Assembly (NCBI GenBank): GCA_018398765.1
Contig: JAHBMJ010000105.1
Coordinates: 1-56,415 of the forward strand
Direction: 5' to 3'
From: Chromera velia
Lineage: Eukaryota
Length of the DNA stretch: 56,415 nucleotides
This document shows positions 25,572 to 36,761 of this stretch, piece after piece. Positions within the stretch are counted from its first letter, which is position 1. Each line of letters begins with the position of its first letter. Position numbers and translations under genes: made by a program. The notes below the pieces were generated by a model. It had not been told where the DNA came from and did no database searches. It saw only the letters and a list, made by a program, of their open reading frames with translations.

Positions 25572-26864
25572 TCAGTAGGGCGCCCCTCTTCCCCGACCCC
25601 TGCAGAGAGATGGAAAAGAAAAGAAAATAAGACAAGCGAAGGGGAGAGATGATGTGGGCTGTGTTTTTGTTTTGGTTGGCCTTTTCTTCCATTTGTCTGC
25701 AGATGCCTGAAAAAAACGGAAGATGTCCGGCCCTTCCCATTCGCCTGCAGGCAGCCAGGTCGGCAGGAATTTTGCCATTCAGAGAGGAAAGGGTAAAACA
25801 AAGTGTGCTGCCTAACTGACTGAGTTCCATCTGCCGCCTGCCTGCGATCATCTGACTGGAATAGACTGACTGACTGACTGACTGTGTGACTGACTGACCG
25901 ACTGACTGACTGACCTTCCACGAGGAAAGTAGGGCCTTCCAAAGGCGCCCCCAAACCCCCCTCTGCCTCCCATCATGGGCATCGGCATCATATAGGGCAT
26001 CATCATCGGGAACCCCCCTCCCCTGAAGCCCCCCCTCCCTCTTCCCCTTCCGCGTCCCCGTCCCCTATTATACCCATGGATGTTAGTGCGCTTTCTGACG
26101 ACCTTGATCTGCCGTCCCCTCAAAGTCGTGTTGTCCAACAGCACGGCGTTGTCCACAGCTGAGGAATCTTGGAACTCGATGTAGGCAAATCTGCAGGCAG
26201 GCAGGCATTCGTCGGAAGGGGGAGGAGGACATGCAGAGGGATGAGTGAAAGAAGAAAGACAAGGTGTCGGATGGAAGGCGCGCAGTCAGTCAAATGACTT
26301 CAAGCACCCGAGGAGTCAACAGAGGAAATGACAAAGAAAATCAGAAGAAAGAGATCTTCTCTCGACTTTCAAGCGGAGTGGACGAAAGGAAGAAAGCGAC
26401 CATCCCGCTGTACGCAAGAGTGCTTTCTGGGCCCAGAAAAGTACCGACACTACACGGCGTTTTCAGTATCGGGGGCTGGAGGGCCAACTGTCGGCTTTGC
26501 CTGTCTTTTCTTTCTTCCCCATTTGGAAGGGAAGGAGCGGAAAATAGAGCAAGACCGACACACAGCTGTAATAGCAAAGAAGGGCGGCATGCTGTGCATG
26601 TGGATGGACTGACACAGTGGAAGTGCTGTCTCTCCATGCAGACCACACGGAGGTTTTTTTTCGCTAGTCAAAACTATACGACCGAATGCGAACACAGAAG
26701 CAAAGACTGACACCACTACGCACACAGAGGCACAAAAACAACACACAGAAAGACTCCATGTCTCATTCTTTTCCCTCCTTCATGGGCGTAGCAGACAAAG
26801 AAGAAGGGAGGATCCAAACACACACAGACGCACACACACCCACACGCCCACACGCACACACGCA

Positions 26865-26896
<32 letters not shown>

Positions 26897-26898
26897 CG

Positions 26899-26950
<52 letters not shown>

Positions 26951-27572
26951 GAGAGAAAGAGAGAGAGTAGTAACTTGAGTTCTTCGACCTGAAAGACTGA
27001 CTCACCCTTTTGGCATTCCTGTGTACTTGTCAACTATGATTGTGATCCGATTGATTGCCCCACAGGTTTTGAAGTGCTCCTGCACCTCTTCTGGAGTTGC
27101 TTCATAGTCAACCTGCGATGGAGACGTGCAAACAATGAGAACACAAAAGAGAAACCAGAAATTCGTAGGTCGACGACAATTTACAAAACGCAAGGAATCC
27201 GATCGATCGAGGGAATCGGGTGGAAGTCGACAGAAAGGTACAGAGACTGCCGAAGCGGAAAAACAATAAGGCGGACTCACTCACATTTCCAACAAATACT
27301 GAGTTTTTGTCTGCTTCATCCTGGGCTGCCTGGTCCCCCTCCTGCCCTGCCGCTCCGGCCGTTCCGTTTTCTCCCAAGTGATGCGACGCGGCTGCGTGGA
27401 CCTCGTGGGCCTTCTCTGCCTCCTCTTGGGCCAGTTGCTGGTCTGTGGCAGTCTGCTCTTCTCCCTCTGCCCCGTGTCCGTACCCTTCATAATGTTCTTC
27501 TGCGCCGGTTGCGTATGCAACTGCAGCCTCTGCTTGTGCGTCCTGCTGCTGCTGCTGCGGTTGTGATGACAT
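25572..27572 (-). CDS. PABPN1: Nuclear poly(A)-binding protein PABPN1/PABP2 (single RRM plus RG-rich tail), 4 exons
   Basis: Exons 27572-27285, 27112-27006, 26190-25915, 25599-25572, all phases consistent. [53 protein letters not shown]...[31 protein letters not shown]...GRGRGAPY*. Confidence 0.93.
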
Positions 27573-28371
27573 TTCGAAGAGAAGAAAAGAAAATGCAAAA
27601 GAGTCTTCTTTCGGCTTAGCCGAGCGGCTTAATCAAGCGATGAAGTCCTCTTTGAAAGAGGGGGGCAGAAGGAAAGCGAAAGACCTGCTTGTCTGCGTCC
27701 TCTGCCTGTCACAAAAACGACCGAAAGAAACGAATTCAGTTTTTTCGTCCAGGCATCCCAGACGGACTGCAAGACTTCTCACGCGTGTGTGCTGAGTTCG
27801 TCAACTATGTATATACTTCCTGCGCGAAGGCTTATGATGTACAGCTGCCGTTTCATGTCCGGGCAGTGACTTGAACGTTTCTGTTGTGATCTTGCAGTCA
27901 CAAATCAAATTCGTGATTTCTGCGTAGATGGAGACGGCAAAATTAAGTTGGGGCATGCCGTGGCCATCCAATCTTTGCCGTGGCCGCGCGATCCGGCCCT
28001 CGACGCCGACACTTTTTTCGATCAACTCGAAAATGTGGTCCACAAACGCCTGCCACGTCCTAGCTTGTGCTTGTTCATTGTGAGTGCATGGACCAAAAGC
28101 AGACGTTCCCAGAGCTGGTAACCTCAAACCCACGCGTGCTGAACATAGGAGCCCCCCTCAGTCGACACCACCAGCGACGCTTCTGAGAGACGGCAACTTC
28201 TTTCCGGAGGTGAAGCCTTGACAGAGATCGAGGGTCCCAGTTAAGGCACCCTTCACGCATAGAGCATCCCAAAGACACATCCCCTTTCTTAAAGACTGTC
28301 GCACTCAGGGGGAAGGGACAGACGCGCTTCCTTGAAATCTTAGCCTGGCGAGTTCTCTTGACTTTGGAGTG

Positions 28372-29554
28372 ATGACAGACGTCGAGCCTGCCCAAGTGGC
28401 AGTCGTGTATTTGTGCGGCCGTCAGTTTACTTTTTCTGTTCTTTCTTTTTTTCAATGCTGTGTGTGTGTGCGCGTCGTTCGGACTCTTTGTGCGTTGACT
28501 GACTTCCGCATGTTTGCAGAGTGCGGGAATGACGTCAGGCTGAAGCCCCAAGATGCGATCCGCTGTCGTCGCTGTGGCTGTCGAATTCTCTACAAGAAGC
28601 GGACAAAGAAACGTTCGTTAGTCAGTGCATGACTTTGAAAAAATGAAGGAACAGATAGGCTGTCGGCGTATCTGAGAGATAAATTGCGCCACGCAGATTT
28701 AGTGCTTTTCATTGTTCTGCCTGATCCAATACGCACCCAAGACTCCCTCAGTGGGAAACCCCTGCGTGTCTTTCACCCCTGCCGGCTCCCTGCTTGCTTG
28801 TTTGCCTGTCAATCTGTCTATCTGCCTGCCTGCCTGTAGGAAAGAATATATAGGCTGTCTGTAAGGAAGAAGTTGGCGCAGGAAAAGCAATCCCCTTGCA
28901 GAGAAACAAACAAACGCGCTCAAGTAAAAGTGCAGTGGATGCGAGTCAATGTCGCTTTGTTTGACGGAATATGTAAACCTTCCTGTCTGTGTCTCTGTTT
29001 GAGGTGTGCCTGCGTGTGTCCACCCCCCCCGCCCTATCTCCCTATCATCCACCCCTCCCTCGTGTGTGTCTCTGTGTCAGTGTGTGTGAGCCTGCATCTC
29101 TCTTGCTCTTTCCCTCTCTGTGTGTGTGTGTGTCTCTCTCTCTTGTTTGTTTGTAAAGAAAAAAGAAGAATCTCTTGTGGCTGTGAACCTGCTCCGTTTG
29201 TCTATACCGTCACCCCTTTCACCGCTGCCCTTCCCAACTTTTCCTTTTCTTTCTGTCTCTCTCTCCTTCTTTCCGTTATGCAGCTTTGATTTTGAAGGGT
29301 AGATCTTTCTTCACCTGTGCGTTTGATGTTTGCGTGTCTGAGGCTGTGAATTTCTCTCTCTCTCTCGTTCTCTCTAACTCTCTCTCCCTCTCTCTTTCTC
29401 TCTCTCTCCCCCTCTCTCTCTCTCTCTCTCCCTCTCGTTCTCTGTCTCTAACTCTCTCTGTCTCTAACTCTCTGTGTCTCTGTCTCTCTCTCTAACTCTC
29501 TCTGTCTCTGTCTCTATCTCTGTCTCTGTCTCTGTTTCTGTCTCTCTGTCTCTG

Positions 29555-29632
<78 letters not shown>

Positions 29633-29833
29633 TCCCCCGATCCCTATCTCTATGCGTCTTCCTCTGCCTCTCCTCGCCCCCCCCTCTGCGTATGTCCATG
29701 ACCCTGTTTGTGTCTTGATACTTGAGCATATTCACTGCCACGCAGTCTTGCGTAGTTCTCTAATTCTGCCTTCATTCTGTGCGTCTCTCTTCTGTTCTCC
29801 GATCTTGCAGCCATGCAGTACGAGGCGAGATAG
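28372..29833 (+). CDS. RPB12: RNA polymerase I/II/III shared subunit RPABC4 (RPB12), 3 exons
   Basis: Exons 28372-28420, 28520-28612, 29811-29833 give [54 protein letters not shown], the zinc-ribbon signature with the canonical C-terminus. None of the ORF-track entries covers the whole protein. Confidence 0.95.
29354..29633. repeat. Intronic (CT)n/(CTGTCT)n/(GT)n microsatellite in RPB12 intron 2
   Basis: Directly visible. Confidence 0.95.
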
Positions 29834-30971
29834 CTATGCAGATTCAATCTGCGACTTCGACCGGTCCAGGGACTTTTCTGTGGGCACCTACACTCATTTG
29901 TACGCGCAGCATGATCGATGCACAGTGATTTCATTGAAGGAGTGAGTTCTAGAGTGAATTAGTCGATCGGCCGTGAAGTGTTCTAGAAGCCTGAATGACA
30001 ACATACAGTATACTTGAATGCGCGTTTTTTTATTAGTTGCTATACTATTCACTTGAGAGACCAATAAATGTTTTTTACTAGGTTTTTTACTATAGGTTTT
30101 TAAAAGAAAACACAGTTTTATAAAAACTGTCAGTGTTGAATATCACTGTTCATATTATACAATAATATACAATTTCGATCACAGTTATTGCCGGTGTCAA
30201 CGGTGTTGTATTAAACTAATGTTGTAACAATGTTGTTTGAGTAATACACTGATGAAACACTATAGATTTTAAGTACTATACGTACCTCCTAGTGATAAGT
30301 GAGTGATAAGTGATAATTTTATTAATGTTATAAGTAATTTATTTACTAGTTTGGTTATTGGTTAGACTGGCTCAGACTAAGCTAGTAATTAAATATGGTT
30401 ATTTGTCTAATTAATAAATTTAATACTAGATCAACCCAGCTTTGCATCGATTCTTGTCAGTCCCTGGGGAGACGGCCTGAGAGCAACCACGAGAGACAGT
30501 TTGCCCCCTTACTTGTGGAACAACCAGTTTAGCTCGACAATTGGCATCGAAGATCCGTCGTTCGATAGCCGACGATAGGGAAGCAGGTCTCACTTCCATA
30601 CAATGCCGTTCTGAAACCTTTTGGCCAGGAAGAAGACAGCGCTTACATTTGAGGAAGAAGATGGAGAAAGATGGAGAAGGAGACGGGAAATAGTTTTGGC
30701 AGTTCTGCGAACCCGCCCGGGGAACAGACGCCAGTTCTTAAGGGTTCCTCACCAACCTGCGGTTGGACAGCACAAGCAGTCGGCGCGCACACCTGCCAAT
30801 TGCGAAAAACTGGTGACGGGGTCAGACGGATGAGGTTTTCTCCCTTTTTAGGAAGTGGATCGCTGGATGGGGATCAAGCCAAGCCAGGCTACCACGCTTT
30901 TGCCCGTCTCCTCAGCCGTCTCCATCCTAGTCTCCATCATTCTACCACCGTCTACCTTAGAACAGGCAAGG

Positions 30972-33014
30972 TGGCGAAGTACAAGATTTAGCTATGTGCA
31001 GCGTTGGGTGATGAGAGTTCTCAAATCAGCCCCTGCTGTCGGTTTGTTCTACTTCTCGTACATCGCCTCCTTTCCTACTAGTCAGAAGGAGTACCAAACG
31101 ACGGTCTGTCCACTTTCTGCTCCATCTACGTCCAGAAAAGACATCTGCCGGTCGATCGATCTGTACCGTTAAACGATACATACATACCGATGATGCAACT
31201 GATTCTCTCTATCGGTGAAATAGAACAATTAACTCAGCCGTATCGATAAATCGACGCGTGCGCTCACACTTGCGCGCGCTGCCTTTGCGAGCCACCCCAA
31301 TTTCTTCAACTTTTTGCGCTCCGGCCAAGCTGTCTCTTCGGCGGTCTCACAGACAAGCCCTTAGGACTTCATCAGTGCATCCTTTTCTTTTGCACGAAGT
31401 GCGCACCTTACTTCTTCTCTTCCTGTTTTTGAACAAAACACCGCACTTTTGAGGACTAATATTTCCTTCTTTCTCTGGTTCCATTGATATGAAGCGCGCT
31501 GATATCATACAGGGAAGAGGTTTCTTAAATCTCCTACGAGTCAGTCTATAAGCAAGATGAGAGAGATCTCTGATATTCTGTCTGATGCAAGAGAGGTCTT
31601 AAATTACATTCCAGACAAAACGATCGACTCTTGCTTTCACGTCATGAATGCATCAGATTAATAAAAGAAATGTGTCTCCACAGACAAAGAAGGTACGGGA
31701 AAGAATTCTGCAGTCTTTGCATCCTTTTTTATTCTTGAAGCTTTTCTTCCCCTTTTCCATCATGGTGTCGTTCAATTCTCTTCTCAACTGAATCACGTTC
31801 TTTCTTTCCATCCACCCCGTCTCTGTTCTGCTCTGTTGTCTTTCGATTTGTGTACACGCCCGTACTCGCATGAACAGATCAGGTTATCCTTCTCTCAGCT
31901 TTCTGCCTCATACAGTGTACTAGGCAGTGTACCTCTATGAACGCATTCACGCTTTCCTCCCACCTCTCTTGCTTTTTTCTCCTTTCCTCTTCCCCCCGAT
32001 GCATGCATCCCAGCAAGAACGAACAAGAAAAAGAGGCATGCACGAATTCCGCACAGTCATACCCAACACACACAGGAGCCCTTTCCATCTGAACCTTTCG
32101 ACTTCATATGACGGAGCGGTCGCTTCGTTAACCTGCACGTGCATGAGTACTGCTCTTCTCTCCAGATGTTTACCGCAAACCCCTCTCCTTGCTCCTCCGA
32201 AGACTCTTGGGGACCGTTTGTGAGGTGGATGATCATGTGGATGCCGATCGGTCTTCTGTCGTGTCCTTTGCATGGTCGATCCGTGTGCGAGAGGTCTCTG
32301 AACGAACGGACGCCAAGTTGAACGTCTCCTTTTTCCTCATCGATGTTCTGTTCGACTCGCGAGCTGTCCGGGGATCCTCAACTGGACATCTCGAACAGAG
32401 GAAAGAAGACATGCTACACCGATATAAACTCTGGCACTCTGTATTTGGATTCTTGCCAGATCGGAAGCAAAGATTTGGACAGGAAGAAGATGAAGAACAA
32501 AAGACTGTGACAAGAGACCGATGGCTTTGCTACTAGCTGATTGGAGAAGAAGCCATCTTGGAAGAAAGTTTTGGAAGCAAGGGCTGGCTGCCCCCCACTT
32601 CCGTCACCACTTGACGAAGTACGAGATTTAGCTATGTGCAGCGTTGGGTGACGAGAGTTCTTAAATCAGCCCCTGCTGTCGGTTTGTTCTACTTCTCGTA
32701 CATCGCCTCCTTTTTTACTAGTCAGAAGGAGTACCAAACGACGGTCTGTCCACTTTCTGCTCCATCTACGTCCAGAAAAGACATCTGCCGGTCGATCGAT
32801 CTGTACCGTCAAACGATACATGCATGCCGATGATGCAACTGATTCTCTCCATCGGTGAAATAGAACAATTAACTCAGCCGTATCGATAAATCGACGCGTG
32901 TGCTCACACTTGCGCGCGCTGCCTTTGCGAGCCACCCCAATTTCTCCAACTTTTTGCGCTCCGGCCAAGCTATCTCTTCGATGGTCTCACAGACAAGCCC
33001 TTAGGACTTCATCA
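30972..33014 (-). mobile_element. Complete non-autonomous LTR retroelement (TRIM/LARD-like), 2,043 bp
   Basis: Two 403-bp TG...CA LTRs (30972-31374, 32612-33014) with short terminal inverted repeats. Exact 5-bp TSD CAAGG (30967-30971, 33015-33019). Minus-strand PBS TGGTGACGGAAGTGGGG (~32593-32609) and PPT AAAAGAAAAGGA next to the other LTR. No gag/pol ORF inside. Confidence 0.93.
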
Positions 33015-34039
33015 CAAGGCCAGAAGGAGCTTTGGGGTGAGATATGAAAATAAAAAGGCATAATCTAGCCTAGCCTATCAGAGTGAAGTTCTCTGGCTCT
33101 TCTTCTTTTCTGATTGAGCTATATTTCGGTAGAAAGAGGACAAGGCCACGCGTTCCTTGTGAGGATGTAAGACTACTCTGCCTTACCACAGGAATTCAGT
33201 GAGTGGCCGTCATGGGAAAACCGTTCTTGCCTGTGTTATCTTCCTTCGTGGGAGAGGACTGCCCTAGCAGTGTGTCCAGCTGTGCATTGAACCAGGCCCT
33301 ACCGAACGTCAGATGCTCATTTATGGGCCGATGGCGATGGTGAATGATGATGATGATGATGAATACTAGTCTAGATCCAAATTCTAAACTACTTGAACAA
33401 GTATTTGAACTAGTTAGATATGAGTAGACGTTCACCGATTTGATTTGGTAAGTCAGACTATTCATAACATTTCGTAACCTTCCAAGTTAATTTAGGCTAG
33501 GAGCTATCTCTGGTAACTAGTAAGGAGGGTAGCAGGCTCGAGGGCACCAGTAACTCACTTATTACTTATCACTTATCTAAGATTATAGTAAGATATTTGA
33601 ATTGTATTGAATCGTCAGTGATAAATAACTATAATATGTATGGCTATAAATTACTTAAAATGACTGAATCATTCAATCATTGATCAAGTCCATGTCAGAT
33701 AAATCTGAGATGATATCAAATTGAATGAATTCAATCCATCGTTTGCATGCAGCATGCTAGTTTGCATGACGACTGCAAGAAGATTACAAAAAATGGGAGG
33801 AAATCAGAAGACTTGATTTATCAAGTCTGTTTGAACATGTTTGACTCCGTTGTACGACCTTGTCTGTTCATTCCACAATCAGGTGAGACTGATGCGACAG
33901 CGTTGCACGATAGCCGACGAGCCGTGGCAGACGCCATCGCGCCGGGGCTCTTTTCAACTTAGTTTTCAACAACGCACTGGATGAGTGAGTCCCCGCTAAT
34001 TCAGCCCAGAAACGCAACCCCTCGGTTCTGCCCTTTAAA

Positions 34040-35010
34040 GCGGCCTCATTGGCATCTCATTGGCACAGGCGACACTCTGTCTGTGACAACGTAGTGCCAT
34101 GGTGACCCTCAACAGGCCACACGCAAGTCGGCCTTCCTACAGCCCCTTTGACCTCCATGCAGGCAAAGACCTGGCATGCACCCGGATAAAACTTTAAGCC
34201 AACTCGCGCCCTCGATATCCGTCCCACCAGGCCTCCAGAGCCGTCACAAGGCACCCTCGGCTCTTTCCCTTTGTTCTCCTCTCCGCTTTCTCGATATCGA
34301 GTCTGCCTTCCCACCCCAATCCCCACCCCCCAACATGATCCCCCTCTGCATGCGTTCTGTCGATCAAGCCCCAAGAGTTCTCATGTTTAAACCAAGACAG
34401 GACCCAGATCCATCCCAACAGAAAGTTCTCTCTAAAGTCACAGGACTCTCAAGAGAGGACCCAGATGCACCCTATGCATGCCCTTCATGATCCTTAAAAA
34501 AAAAAAAAAAAGCCCTTCATGATCCTCCGGGGTCTCTGCAGACCTCCCGGGCGAGAACCAATTTCTAATACTAACCTCTAAGAGAGTGTTCCCACCGAGA
34601 AGATCAAAGCAGCTCGACGAGCTGTCGATGCTGAACTTTATAAAACCAGAGCTCGAATTAAGAGCTCTCCCCGCCCACCCTGTCGTCCCCTNNNNNNCCA
34701 CGTTGCTGTAGTCCGACGTGTTTCACATAAAGGTCCCTGGCAGCACTCTCGATCAAAGGTGCATGGAGAAAAGTTCCAGGTTCCAACCCGATCTCTCATC
34801 CTGACCGAACCTCGCTGAGACAGATCTACTCGCTGCGTAGACATGTCGCCTTACCAATGAGTGCTGTGCGCATCAAGATTGGCCTGTCTACTTGTGCCCC
34901 ACCATATTTTTGAAGTCCCCTGTCCTGTGACTGGGCTCTTGCGTCATGTACAGTCACGAGGACCGCACATCGTCGTATTTCAATACCAGCCGCCTTGCTG
35001 AACGGCGTGA
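34040..35010 (+). pseudogene. Possible highly decayed Ty3/gypsy pol remnant spanning an assembly gap
   Basis: LIGTGDTLSV (protease LIDTGA-like, ~34056) and PGREPI...EKIK/QLDELSMLNFIKP (RT N-terminal-like, ~34545-34650) in shifting frames. N run at 34692-34697. Confidence 0.3.
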
Positions 35011-35037
35011 CGGTCTCCTGTCCATTGAGTGGATTCG

Positions 35038-35189
35038 AAAACTCTCAGGGCGCCAACTCTCAGGGCGCCGACGTGAACGCAAACTCTCAGGGCGCCGGCG
35101 TGAACGCAAACTCTCAGGGCGCCGGCGTGAACGCAAACTCTCAGGGCGCCGACGTGAACGCAAACTCTTAGGGCGCCGACGTGAACGCA
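35038..35189. repeat. 27-bp minisatellite (aaactctcagggcgccg(a/g)cgtgaacgc), about 5 copies
   Basis: Contiguous units with no spacers. Confidence 0.92.
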
Positions 35190-36761
35190 GGTGCTGACTT
35201 CGATGAACTGTTACATGTGCTTAACGTTGTACGTGGCCGAGTGTGCACGGTTTCTTGAAGCCTGCAAGTAGGAAAAGATGACGGGGGAGGAGGAAAGGTA
35301 CCGAGGACTTCGGACCAGAAATATATAATACCATGATAGATTTGTGTGTGAGTGGAAACTTGACACAGAGAGAATGAAGAGCATATTAAGCAAAAAAAGA
35401 ATACAGACGGCTTTGATCGATCGATTGGATCCATTCATGTCAGATCGAGAGGGCAATGCATGCATGTTCACTTAACTGCATGGCGATGGCTGCATGCGGG
35501 CGTCTCTTTTCAGGCATCTCTACTCAACCTGGTTCCTCCATGGAGTCAGCAAGGAAAGAGGGCAATCGGAATCTTGAGAAACTGACTTGTGACACACAAT
35601 CCTTCGGGAAGCTCTTAAGGCAAAACGAGGCGCTGCACGAGGGAGGTCCTGGAGACAGATCGAGACTGGGCGGCTCGCACCAAATCGTATGGACGTTTCG
35701 GGGACGCTCGTCAAGAACGCTGAGCCCTGGCCCGCCCCAGTCTCAGATGAAGCACCGATTGAGGATGAGGAACGCCCGTAAAGACTGTGCTGCACTCAAA
35801 GGAAGAGGAAGGGTGAAGGTAGTGATCGACCGTTCTTGCGGAGTGATATTTCTTGTGTGCTCTTCACGGTCTTTCATTCCTCATCCGCTTTAAGAGATCT
35901 TGAGATTGGCCAAAAGGCTATCGGGACCGTCCTGACAAGGCGTGTATGGTTTGGGACAGATGCAGGGAGAAACGAAACTGCCTCTCAAAGTTAATGGACT
36001 CCAAAAAGAAGTTTTCGACAACGCAAGAGAGTTCGAAATTCCCCCAAAGAACCGCACTGCAGAGGCCTACCCGTTGCGTGCAGAGCTGTGTCGCATGCAG
36101 AGCCCCGTTCGATCGAACATGCACCAAACGGTCCCCAAATATGGGCTGCCTCCAAGCACTTCCCGTCTCCATGCAAAAGGAGACTGTCTCCGAACATCTC
36201 AATTCAGTCCACAGGCCGCAATGTCGCACCAAACTATGCAGTGCTATCAAGGAGCCCAGTGATGACGAAACCCTCAGAGGCTATAGAGACACCTCGAAAG
36301 GATGGATGAAAGGCTTTCAATCGTCTGAAAACTACGGTCAGAGACGTCAATTAAATTGACAAAACGCGATGATCATCGGATGATGGATCGAGACACGACC
36401 GACACGACACCGCGCGGCGCACGCGCGCGCGCGCTCTGGTGGCCCCCTGCCCCCGCGAGACGGCCGGTGAGACACAAATTTGGATAATTTTACCTTTGCT
36501 TGGATCTGCAAGGAGCTCGCTAGTGCGTCCACGCCTTTTGTTTGTCGTCCCTGCGCTCATGACTTTCCTGTCCAGGCAATTTCACTTGACTTGAGGCGCT
36601 CCATCCCCTTTCGAGAGGATCTGTTTGTCCATGCTCCGCAAATTGTGCCCGTATTTCGTCTCCGTCGGCTAAGTTTGCCGTCTCCCAGCTTGGAACCACA
36701 ATACCAGCTGCCGTAGATTCCCTCAGAACCTCCTGTCGCTGCTTCATAGGCAAAGAAGAAA

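Noticed and set aside
35038..35189. 27-bp repeats as a CRISPR array
   Set aside because: Units are contiguous with no unique spacers, there are no cas genes, and the context is eukaryotic.
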